Source: Prevotellaceae bacterium UBA6858 | GTDB lineage: Bacteria > Bacteroidota > Bacteroidia > Bacteroidales > Bacteroidaceae | Length of the DNA stretch: 64,000 bases | Direction of reading: 5' to 3' | Assembly: GCA_002451695.1 (NCBI GenBank) | Contig: DKDC01000001.1 | Coordinates: forward strand, 19,961-83,960 | Shown: piece after piece, positions 28,563 through 37,020 of the stretch | How the letters are laid out: each line of letters opens with the position of its first letter | How positions within the stretch are numbered: position 1 is the stretch's first letter | Translations under genes and position numbers: made by a program | The notes under the pieces: model-generated | What the model was told of the DNA's origin: nothing | Seen by the model: only the letters and a program-made list of their open reading frames with translations | The model's database searches: none

Positions 28563-29591
28563 ATGAACTGCTACGCATCGCACAACTACCGCGATTTTTC
28601 GCACGCGGGGAACATCTCCAAGAATTTCAACGAACGCATAATGCAGGATATGGGGTTCAGGAATGCCGCCCTCAAGCAGACGCATTTCCACAATAAAGTC
28701 CTCGGTTTTTTCGCCACCCTTGCAGGGGTGTGCGTAATACCGTTCCGTCTGCACAAGGGCGACCGTCTCGTGTTGCAATATCCCGTGAAAAAGTACTACA
28801 CTCTCATCTGCAAAATGGCTCATTGGCGCGGCGCAAAAGTAATCACGCTTATCCACGACCTTGGATGCTGCCGACGCAAGCGGCTCACGCCCGAAAAAGA
28901 AATGAGACGCCTGAGAAATTCCGACGCGCTTATCGTTCACAACAACAACATGAAGCGTTGGATTGAGGAACACGCCTACAAGGGGGGCGTTGCCGTCCAT
29001 AAAATGACGGACTATCCCGCCGAGGCTCAAGCAACCGTCCACAAATACAGCGGCGGCAAACCAAAAGTCCTGTATGCCGGTGCGCTGCCAAAGAAAAAAA
29101 ACGCCTTTCTCTACGAACTTGCCGCGCAGGACATAAATTACGACATAGAACTTTACGGCAGGGGCTTTGACGGGACGCAAATAAAAAACGACTGCGTTCA
29201 CTACCACGGATTTGTGAGCGACACGGTTCTCATTTCGCAAAACAACTGCGATTTCGGGCTTGTATGGGACGGCGATTCGCTTGACGGATGCGAAGGCCCA
29301 TACGGCAGCTACCTGAAACTCAACAACCCGATAAAGACATCGCTATACATCCGCTGCCACCTTCCCGTGATTGTATGGGAGCAAGCCGCCATTGCCGAAG
29401 TTGTGAAAGAGAAAGAAATCGGCATTTGCGTGGCTTCGCTGCACGACCTTGACAAAACCCTTGCCCAAATCACACCCGAGGAATACGACAAGCTCGAACG
29501 CAACGTGATTGAGTGGAGCAAGGAACTGAAAAACGGCAACTGCACGCGAAATGCCATAAACGAATGCCTTGCATACCTGCAAGGGAAATAG
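28563..29591 (+). CDS. WbbI-like beta-1,6-galactofuranosyltransferase-family glycosyltransferase
   Basis: The C-terminal block FGLVWDGDSLDGCEGPYGSYLKLNNPIKTSLYIRCHLPVIVWEQAAIAEVV closely parallels E. coli WbbI (FGLIWDGDS...GEYLKFNNPHKTSLYL...PVFIWDKAA) from memory. Start set at MNCYASHNYRDFSHAG. Confidence 0.7.
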   Translation: MNCYASHNYRDFSHAGNISKNFNERIMQDMGFRNAALKQTHFHNKVLGFFATLAGVCVIPFRLHKGDRLVLQYPVKKYYTLICKMAHWRGAKVITLIHDLGCCRRKRLTPEKEMRRLRNSDALIVHNNNMKRWIEEHAYKGGVAVHKMTDYPAEAQATVHKYSGGKPKVLYAGALPKKKNAFLYELAAQDINYDIELYGRGFDGTQIKNDCVHYHGFVSDTVLISQNNCDFGLVWDGDSLDGCEGPYGSYLKLNNPIKTSLYIRCHLPVIVWEQAAIAEVVKEKEIGICVASLHDLDKTLAQITPEEYDKLERNVIEWSKELKNGNCTRNAINECLAYLQGK

Positions 29592-29675
29592 GGGTATAGG
29601 GGCTGTGTCATAAGATATTTGCCGCATTTCCTCACATACGCCAAGCAAATACATAATACACAAGCAGCCAACAAA

Positions 29676-29870
29676 TTGCGCCGCCGTAGGGGCGTATGGC
29701 ATACGCCCCGAGTTGCGCCGATTGGCGATATTGTGGCATCGCTTTGCGATGCGGTTTGTGCGGTGGGGTAAAGGGCGCATGCAATACGCCCCTACAATTT
29801 CCGCAAAACTTGTTCAGACACTCCGCATTCTCTCCTTCCGAAAACTACATCGGACATGGAAAAAACTATG
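29676..29870 (-). repeat. Composite intergenic repeat, copy 6a (reverse orientation; long module B + partial module A)
   Basis: Palindromes at about 29686-29709 and 29772-29796. Reverse-oriented units at 29839-29870. Confidence 0.9.
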
Positions 29871-29931
29871 TCTGATGTAGTATGAATTATGTCTGATATA
29901 ATTTTTTCTACATAGGACATAGTTTTCGCCC
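29869..29931 (+). repeat. Composite intergenic repeat, copy 6b (forward module A, three units, abutting 6a head to head)
   Basis: Units TGTCTGATGTAGTATGAATTA, TGTCTGATATAATTTTTTCTA and CATAGGACATAGTTTTCGCCC. Confidence 0.9.
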
Positions 29932-30114
29932 TTTGCATCATACTGAAAAACAAGACGTTATTCTTCGCACAACCTTACAACGTAAAACTTTGCAATTCAA
30001 GCCTTTACGCTGTTTTGACATTTAGTGGCAACCGCACGAAACACTCCGCCACTCTACCACCCCTAACATTCTGTGGAAATTGAAATCACGACCGCAAGCG
30101 TTGGCGAAAGTGGC

Positions 30115-30146
30115 AAAAAACAGGGCGTGTGCAAATACACACGCCC
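30115..30146 (-). terminator. Rho-independent terminator ending the ftsZ-yqeY transcription unit
   Basis: On the minus strand, stem GGGCGTGTG / CACACGCCC is followed by TGTTTTTT. Confidence 0.75.
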
Positions 30147-30192
30147 ATATTCTTTTACCGTTAAATTATCTGTCAACAAAGCTGGCACGATG

Positions 30193-30211
30193 CGGCGTAT
30201 TGCATACGCCC
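30193..30211. repeat. Solo REP-like hairpin (GGCGTAT-TGC-ATACGCC)
   Basis: Same palindromic core as module B, found without module A, 42 nt downstream of the yqeY stop. Confidence 0.8.
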
Positions 30212-30252
30212 ACCAATCCGTCGCGAAATCAGCGCATGCCCGGTTATGCCTC

Positions 30253-30702
30253 TTATGCCAGAAGTTTCCTGACTATTTCGGATATTATCCTGCCGTCGGC
30301 CTTGCCGGCAAGCGTTTTTGTCGCTGCCCCCATCACCTTTCCCATGTCGCGCATGGACGTTGCGCCAACGCTTGCTATTATCGCCTTGACCTCTTTCTCC
30401 ACTTCCCCGTCTGAAAGCTGTTTTGGCAAATACGCCTCTATCACCTTAACCTGCGCCTCCTCTTCTTCGGCAAGATCGGCACGGTTCTGCCCGTGATACA
30501 AAGCAGCCGTGTCTTTCCCCTGCTTTGCCATTTTGGCAAGGATTTTCAGAGCCGCATCGTCCGAAAGCTCATCATTTGCCCCGGGGGCGGTCTTTGCCTC
30601 TATGAAATTCTTCTTGATGTTGCGCAATGCCTCAAGGCGCACCTTGTCGTGCGCCTTCATTGCCGCCATTATGTCTTTGCTAATCTGTTCAAACAATGCC
30701 AT
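30253..30702 (-). CDS. yqeY: GatB/YqeY domain protein
   Basis: 149 aa. MALFEQISKDIMAAMKAHDKVRLEALRNIK... is typical of the YqeY family. Confidence 0.85.
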   Translation of the reverse strand: MALFEQISKDIMAAMKAHDKVRLEALRNIKKNFIEAKTAPGANDELSDDAALKILAKMAKQGKDTAALYHGQNRADLAEEEEAQVKVIEAYLPKQLSDGEVEKEVKAIIASVGATSMRDMGKVMGAATKTLAGKADGRIISEIVRKLLA

Positions 30703-30715
30703 TGTATTTGTGTTT

Positions 30716-32032
30716 TTAGAATTTTATCGCACCCGTGTCCGCCGGTGTCTCCGCGTCATTGGAACGTTCCGCCACCGCGCCGCCGTAGTTTTTCTCGTAT
30801 ATGCGCCGCAACATCGCGCTGCTGCGGTGCGCTGTAGGAGTTTGCTCCACCATTGATATTATGTCATCGTTGTCGATGTCAACGTCGTTGAAACGGAAAA
30901 CATGGTGAGGGCGGCGGTAAGCTCCCGCACGGCTTTTGTCCTCATAGCCGAACTTTTTGCGCCGTTCCGCCTTCTTCTCCTCCTCTTCCGCAGCCTGTGC
31001 CGCCCGTTCCGACTCATCGCCGCCATTGCGTATGAGGTATTCCTCCATATACGGCACATTTGCCAGCCCGAACCCCGAAGCCAGCACAGTAACCTTGACC
31101 TGCTTGCCAAGAGACGGGTCGAAAGCTATGCCCCACTTCACCTCGAAATCCCTGCCGAACTTGCTCATGAAATCATGAACCTCGTTCATTTCCTCCATCG
31201 TGATGGTGTCCTCGTCCTTGTCGGAGCAGTATATGTAAAGCAGCACCTTCTTGGCGTCGAAAATGTCGTTGTTGTTGAGCAGCGGGGAATTGAGCGCATC
31301 GTCTATGGCGCTCTTCACACGAAGTTCGCCCTCGCCTGTACCCGTGCTCATTATGGCAACGCCGCCGTCGCGAAGCACGGTGCACACATCGTTAAAGTCG
31401 AGGTTTATCTTGCCGTGGGTTGTTATAATCTCGGCTATGCTTCTTGCCGCAAGCGTCAGAGTGTCGTCAGCACGGCCGAAAGCGTCGCTGATTGTAAGTT
31501 CCGGGTATATCTCGCGCAAACGCTCGTTGTTGACCACAAGCAAAGCGTCAACATTCTTTGATATGGCCTCCACGCCGTCCAAAGCCTGGTCTATCTTGCG
31601 GTTTCCCTCAAATTGGAATGGAATGGTAACGATGCCAATCGTGAGGATGTTTTTGCTTTTGGCCTCACGCGCTATAATCGGGGCTGCACCTGTACCTGTG
31701 CCGCCGCCCATGCCGGCTGTGATAAACACCATTTTCGTGCCGTCCGAAAGCATCTTGTCGATAGATTCTATGCTCTCCTCCGCCGCATGGCGCGCCTTTT
31801 CGGGGATGTTTCCCGCTCCAAGGCCCTCGCTTCCCAACTGCACCTTAAACTGCACGGGAGAATCGTCCAAAGCCTGCGCGTCCGTGTTGCAAACCACGAA
31901 ACTCACATCGTGTATTCCTGTTTGGTACATATGGTTGACGGCATTCCCGCCGCCGCCGCCAACACCTATTACTTTTATTATATGAGGGTTGCCCGTTCTG
32001 AAGGCAAAGTCAACTATTTGATTATCGTCCAT
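30716..32032 (-). CDS. ftsZ: Cell division GTPase FtsZ (canonical-looking copy, 438 aa)
   Basis: GVGGGGGNA, NTDAQAL, GLGAG, GGGTGTG, PFQFEG and T7 loop NLDFNDV are all present. Long C-terminal linker plus tail motif. Confidence 0.93.
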   Translation of the reverse strand: MDDNQIVDFAFRTGNPHIIKVIGVGGGGGNAVNHMYQTGIHDVSFVVCNTDAQALDDSPVQFKVQLGSEGLGAGNIPEKARHAAEESIESIDKMLSDGTKMVFITAGMGGGTGTGAAPIIAREAKSKNILTIGIVTIPFQFEGNRKIDQALDGVEAISKNVDALLVVNNERLREIYPELTISDAFGRADDTLTLAARSIAEIITTHGKINLDFNDVCTVLRDGGVAIMSTGTGEGELRVKSAIDDALNSPLLNNNDIFDAKKVLLYIYCSDKDEDTITMEEMNEVHDFMSKFGRDFEVKWGIAFDPSLGKQVKVTVLASGFGLANVPYMEEYLIRNGGDESERAAQAAEEEEKKAERRKKFGYEDKSRAGAYRRPHHVFRFNDVDIDNDDIISMVEQTPTAHRSSAMLRRIYEKNYGGAVAERSNDAETPADTGAIKF

Positions 32033-32050
32033 TTTCCTGTGATTTTATAG

Positions 32051-33409
32051 TCAGTTGCCGAAATATATTTTGCCGTTGGCTGAACCCGAATACGCTTCTT
32101 CTGCGTTTTCACGTGCCTCCGTCCCGGCATAATCGTCAGACTGCCGTTGTATATTCTTCAAAGTCTCGTACCTGCGCGATTGCGTGTTGCTGTCCGAAAC
32201 CATGTCAATTACATCTTCGTTGTCGAGGTCACTGTCCGAAAACCTGTAAACAAGGTGGGAACGCCTCTGCCTGCTCATCACCTTGGGGTAGAAAATCTCT
32301 CGGCGGCGGTTGCGCACCTCCTGCACCTCTGGAGACTCTGCACCACTCCCGACAACCTCTGCCGGCAACTCCTGCCGCATATCGTCAGACACATAAGGCT
32401 GGGTTGCCAGTCCGAAGCCAGATGCAAGAATTGTAACCCTTATCTTGCCCCCCATTTCCGGCACATACGCCAGTCCCAGCTTGGTGTCGAACTCCCGGTT
32501 TACAAACTTGTCCATGAACTCATGAAGTTCGCCGGTTTCCTGCATCGTTATGGACTCCTCGTTTTTGTCGGACGTGTATATGGCTATCGTGGCGCGGCGG
32601 GCGTTAAAAATGTCGTTGTCGTTAAGCAACGGCGACTCAATGGCATTCTTTATTGCTTCCGAAACACGGTTCTCACCCTCCGCCTCGCCTGTGCTTATCA
32701 ACGCTATACCGCCATTTTTAAGCACTGTGTTCACATCGTTGAAGTCAAGATTCCAGTGCATCGGCGTTGTTATTATATCTGCAATGCTCTTCACCGCCAC
32801 AAACAACGTGTCATCGGACATCCGCAACGCCTCTATCCAGGTTTTGAACGCGCATATCTCGCAAAGACGCTCGTTGTTGATGACAAGCAGCGAGTCCACG
32901 TATTTTGACAGTTCGTAAACGCCGTCGAGCGCACGGTCTATTCTCAATTCGCGCTCCATGGCAAAAGGAATGGTTACTATGCCCACGGTAAGCATACCCG
33001 CCTTTTTGGCTTCGCGGGCTATTACAGGAGCCGCGCCTGTGCCTGTGCCGCCGCCCATGCCAGCTGTGATGAAAACCATCCGCGTGCCGTCGCAAAACAT
33101 CTTTTGTATCTCGTCAAGACTGTCTTCGGCAATCTTACGCGCCTTTTCGGGATTGCTTCCCGTTCCAAGTCCCTCCGAGCCTAACTGGCGGCGGATTGGC
33201 ACTGGGTTTCTTTCAAGATCCATGCGGTCGGTATTGCAAACCTCGAAACGCACATTGTGAAGTCCTTCTTCGTACATACGGGCAACGGCATTGCCACCGC
33301 CACCGCCAACACCTATCACCTTTATTATGCGGGGGTCGCTTGCAGACACAACCTCGCTTTCCTTTGGCAGGTTAAAATCTATGGTAGCATTGTCTTCTGA
33401 TACGCTCAT
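32051..33409 (-). CDS. Second, diverged FtsZ paralog (452 aa) immediately downstream of ftsA
   Basis: GVGGGGGNA, GGGTGTG and T7 NLDFNDV are retained. NTDRMDL, GLGTG, PFAMER and EALRMSDD deviate from consensus. About 60 percent identity to the downstream copy over the core, by hand alignment. Confidence 0.9.
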   Translation of the reverse strand: MSVSEDNATIDFNLPKESEVVSASDPRIIKVIGVGGGGGNAVARMYEEGLHNVRFEVCNTDRMDLERNPVPIRRQLGSEGLGTGSNPEKARKIAEDSLDEIQKMFCDGTRMVFITAGMGGGTGTGAAPVIAREAKKAGMLTVGIVTIPFAMERELRIDRALDGVYELSKYVDSLLVINNERLCEICAFKTWIEALRMSDDTLFVAVKSIADIITTPMHWNLDFNDVNTVLKNGGIALISTGEAEGENRVSEAIKNAIESPLLNDNDIFNARRATIAIYTSDKNEESITMQETGELHEFMDKFVNREFDTKLGLAYVPEMGGKIRVTILASGFGLATQPYVSDDMRQELPAEVVGSGAESPEVQEVRNRRREIFYPKVMSRQRRSHLVYRFSDSDLDNEDVIDMVSDSNTQSRRYETLKNIQRQSDDYAGTEARENAEEAYSGSANGKIYFGN

Positions 33410-33461
33410 CGTTCTGCTTTTTGAAATAAAAACAAGTGCAGCAAATCAAGTCCGCGCATTG

Positions 33462-34868
33462 TCATTCATCGGGGCTTACCACCTTGTCTGCGGTCTCCTT
33501 TACCTTCTTTGCCATATTTTTGAACCACGAGGAAATCCTACCGGGCTTTTTCGGTTCTTCAGACACATCCTCTTTTGTTACTTTCGGCTTTTTGTTCAAG
33601 TCGTCAACATTGTCCTTAGTTTCCCCAACCGCGCTTTCTTCAGGTTTTTCGCCATCAAACAGACCTTGGTCTTCGGAAATTGCATCGCCTGCGCATTCCT
33701 CCTTACCCAATGAAAGCAAAGAAAGAATGGCATTGAGAGAACCATCGGCACGTTTGGCTTCCTGGAACTTGGCGTTTACCTGAAAATTAACAAACTTGGC
33801 GAACCTTATCTTCTCCTCCCCTATTTTGGTGAACTGCTTGAACGCCTTGCCCAAATCGCGGAGATTTGAGCCGCCGCCGGTAAGTACGGCACCGCTTATC
33901 AAATCCTCGTTCACCTTCAAACCGGAACGGCGTATCTGCTCTTCTACATTAACAAGTATCTCCTCCATTCGGGCTTCGATTATCTCATTAAGCTCGCGTG
34001 CCTTTATTTCCCGCCCGTCGCTCAGCTTGTATGTTGCATCGTTTGCCTCGTCAACGTTTTCCTTTTCGGGAAAAGCAGAACCGTGGTTGCGTTTCAACGC
34101 TTCAGCCTCAGACTTCTCTATTCTGAAAACCGAGGCTATGTCTTTTGTTATGTTGTCCGAGCCAAGAGGTATAACGGCAAGGCGGCGCAATAGCTTGGAA
34201 GAATAAATTGCTACAGTCGTGGTGTCCATGCCAAAGTCCACAAGAACACAACCCGTGCGTTTTGCGTCCATACTAAGCAAGCCGTCCCCAAGCACGATAG
34301 GAGTCATCATGTATTCCACTTTCTTGAAACCGGCGCGCATAAGGCAGTCTTTTATTTTCTCGTAAAAGTCATGCCTGTAGAACACATTAAGAAAACTTCC
34401 TTCCAGCCTGTCGGTAACAACTCCCACCACCGAGGATGACGAAGTTTGGCGTTGCTTTCCCAGATAATAGTCTTGCGGAATTATTTTTGTAAGCCAATAT
34501 TTCCTTATGTCCAGTTCGCGGTCTTCCTCGTACAAGGCATCAACAATATCCTGCGTTACCTTTGTTTCCGCGTCAAACTCACGCGTTACCGTATTCAATA
34601 CAGAATGCAGGCTCTGCCCGCCTATGCAAACGTAAACCTTGGATATGTTTCGCTTGACCGCATCCTGAAGACGCAATTTTATATTCTTAAGGCATTCCGT
34701 GGCTTGATCCAAATTGTGTGCGTAGCCTCGCTTGATGCAGGCGTTTGAATCCTCTTGGGCATATGCCATTATCTGAATGCTACTGTCCGCCATTCTCCGG
34801 CCAATCATTCCTGTTATCTTTGACGAGCCTATCTCTATAGCAGCTATAAAATTGTCTGTTGTAGCCAT
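33462..34868 (-). CDS. ftsA: Cell division protein FtsA
   Basis: Actin-fold motifs (IAAIEIGSSKITG, VLVDFGMDTTTVAIY, VLTGGGSNL). C-terminal amphipathic tail. Confidence 0.92.
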   Translation of the reverse strand: MATTDNFIAAIEIGSSKITGMIGRRMADSSIQIMAYAQEDSNACIKRGYAHNLDQATECLKNIKLRLQDAVKRNISKVYVCIGGQSLHSVLNTVTREFDAETKVTQDIVDALYEEDRELDIRKYWLTKIIPQDYYLGKQRQTSSSSVVGVVTDRLEGSFLNVFYRHDFYEKIKDCLMRAGFKKVEYMMTPIVLGDGLLSMDAKRTGCVLVDFGMDTTTVAIYSSKLLRRLAVIPLGSDNITKDIASVFRIEKSEAEALKRNHGSAFPEKENVDEANDATYKLSDGREIKARELNEIIEARMEEILVNVEEQIRRSGLKVNEDLISGAVLTGGGSNLRDLGKAFKQFTKIGEEKIRFAKFVNFQVNAKFQEAKRADGSLNAILSLLSLGKEECAGDAISEDQGLFDGEKPEESAVGETKDNVDDLNKKPKVTKEDVSEEPKKPGRISSWFKNMAKKVKETADKVVSPDE

Positions 34869-34875
34869 ATTTATA

Positions 34876-35601
34876 TTATTTCTTGCATATTATCTGATTG
34901 TCGTACTCTAAATCTATCCTGGAATATTTGTTCCAGCCAACCTGCGGCAAAACCTGGGAATAAAAAGCCTTTAGCCGCTTAAGTTTCTGCGGAATTCCGC
35001 CCGGCTGTCCGATGTAAACCACGTGGTTGCCTATTCTCGGGTAAAGCTCCACGTTTCCTGCGGTGTCAACGCTAATCTGCTCTATCTGGCTGTCCCAAAA
35101 CTTGTCGTATTTCAGCAAACGCCCTATCGGCAAAAGTTTTGAATGGGCGTACTGCCTTGATATATGCCCTGTGGCCACAACCAAGTCTGCGGAATAGTGC
35201 ATATGCGGCATTATCTTCCCCCGGGTGTCCATATAATAATTGTCACCGTTATCGCTAATCACCCTCATGACGGGCAGACGCTGCGTCACGGTTACATAAA
35301 CGCGGTCTCCCGCTGTTTTGTAGCTTGTCGTGTTGTCTATGAAAGGATTCTTTGCAAGCACCTTCTCAATCTCGGCACAATTAATGCCGTTCATCTTCTT
35401 CCCTATCGGATACACCTTTGCCTCTTTGAGTATCGCGCGTATCTCGGAGGGCGTGATAAACCCCGCCACGTCGCTGTCTTTCACTACCACCTCCACCGCA
35501 GCGCAATGCTGCCGCATTTCGGGATTGTTAAGCACAGTAACAGCCAGCCCCAGATATACGGCAAGGGCGAGCAGCAACAACAACTTCAGCAGGTTCTTCA
35601 T
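34876..35601 (-). CDS. ftsQ: Cell division protein FtsQ
   Basis: Single N-terminal transmembrane helix plus a POTRA-like domain. Position between murC and ftsA. Confidence 0.8.
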   Translation of the reverse strand: MKNLLKLLLLLALAVYLGLAVTVLNNPEMRQHCAAVEVVVKDSDVAGFITPSEIRAILKEAKVYPIGKKMNGINCAEIEKVLAKNPFIDNTTSYKTAGDRVYVTVTQRLPVMRVISDNGDNYYMDTRGKIMPHMHYSADLVVATGHISRQYAHSKLLPIGRLLKYDKFWDSQIEQISVDTAGNVELYPRIGNHVVYIGQPGGIPQKLKRLKAFYSQVLPQVGWNKYSRIDLEYDNQIICKK

Positions 35602-35603
35602 TT

Positions 35604-36983
35604 TCAGCTGCGCGGAAGCAGGATTTTTGTTATTTCGGGAGTCATGTTGTCCAAATCGCCCGCCCCCAAAATCAGAAGCACGTCAACGTCCATGCTGCGA
35701 ACAACATCAAGCACCTCGTCCTTGCGTATCAGACGTTTCTTCATGCCGGGACGCAAATTATCGTATATCAAACGGCTTGTTACGCCGGGTATAAGGCGTT
35801 CACGCGCCGGATAGATTTCGGTAAGCACAACCTCGTCGAGCAAAGAAAGACTATTGGCAAAGTCTTTATAAAAATCGCGGGTGCGGGAATAAAGGTGGGG
35901 CTGGAATATAGCGGCTATCCTGCGTCCTTTGAACACCTTGCGCACGGAGCTGATGCATTGCTCTATTTCTTTGGGATGGTGTGCGTAGTCGCTTATCAGC
36001 ACAATCTTGTCGGTGTTTATCTTTATGTCGAAGCGGCGTTCCACCCCCGAGAACGTACGCATTCCCTCGCGTATGTCCTCTGCCGAAACCCCGGCTATCT
36101 GGGCGAGAGCCATTGCCGCCACACCGTTTTCAATGTTAACGTAAACAGGCACGCCCAAATCGATGTTGGTAATGTTTCCCAACGGCGAAACCAAGTCAAA
36201 CATAATCCTGCCGTTGCCAATGCGTATGTTTTCCGCATGGAAATCGCCCGCATCCACACCGTAGTCATAAAAGCGCACGCCGTCCTTCAACTGTGGCTTC
36301 AGGGCAATGTCCTTGTGCATCACGAGTGCGCCTCCCTTGCGGATAAGCGACGTGTATTTCTCAAAACTCTCAATATACGCCTCGTGCGTTCCGTATATAT
36401 CCAAATGGTCGGCATCAACGGCGGTAATCACCGAAGCATACGGCGTGAGCTGGTGGAACGAGCGGTCGTACTCGTCAGCCTCAATCACGACATAGGGGCT
36501 TGAGGAATTAAGCAGGTAGTTTGTGCCGTAGTTCTTGGATATTCCGCCAAGGAAAGCATTGCAGCCCACATGGCTTTGATGGATTATGTGCGCCGCCATT
36601 GTCGAGGTGGTGGTTTTGCCGTGGGTCCCCGCCACACACAGTCCGCGATATGCGCGTGTGAGTGTTCCGAGAACCTGTGCGCGCTTCACCACGTCATAAG
36701 CCATGTTTCTGAAATACCCCAGCACCTTGTTGTCCGCAGGTATTGCCGGCGTATATACCACAAGGGTGTTCCTCGGATTTTTGAATTCCGAGGAAATCTC
36801 ATCGGGGTCATCGTCATACTGCACTTTCGCGCCCTCAGCCTTCAGGCGTTCCGTGAGCACCGACGGAGTTTTGTCATATCCGCCCACCGGCGTTTCCCTC
36901 GACAGGAAATACCGTGCAATTGCGCTCATTCCGATACCGCCGATACCTATAAAATACACTGCCTTTATATCATTCAAATCCAT
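35604..36983 (-). CDS. murC: UDP-N-acetylmuramate--L-alanine ligase
   Basis: VYFIGIGGIGMSAIA, GTHGKTTTS. Start set at MDLNDIKAVYF (36983). An upstream ATG at 37034 would overlap murG by 14 nt. Confidence 0.92.
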   Translation of the reverse strand: MDLNDIKAVYFIGIGGIGMSAIARYFLSRETPVGGYDKTPSVLTERLKAEGAKVQYDDDPDEISSEFKNPRNTLVVYTPAIPADNKVLGYFRNMAYDVVKRAQVLGTLTRAYRGLCVAGTHGKTTTSTMAAHIIHQSHVGCNAFLGGISKNYGTNYLLNSSSPYVVIEADEYDRSFHQLTPYASVITAVDADHLDIYGTHEAYIESFEKYTSLIRKGGALVMHKDIALKPQLKDGVRFYDYGVDAGDFHAENIRIGNGRIMFDLVSPLGNITNIDLGVPVYVNIENGVAAMALAQIAGVSAEDIREGMRTFSGVERRFDIKINTDKIVLISDYAHHPKEIEQCISSVRKVFKGRRIAAIFQPHLYSRTRDFYKDFANSLSLLDEVVLTEIYPARERLIPGVTSRLIYDNLRPGMKKRLIRKDEVLDVVRSMDVDVLLILGAGDLDNMTPEITKILLPRS

Positions 36984-37020
36984 TTCTGTCTCAGTTTTTA
37001 GTTTTATTTTAGTTGTTTGT

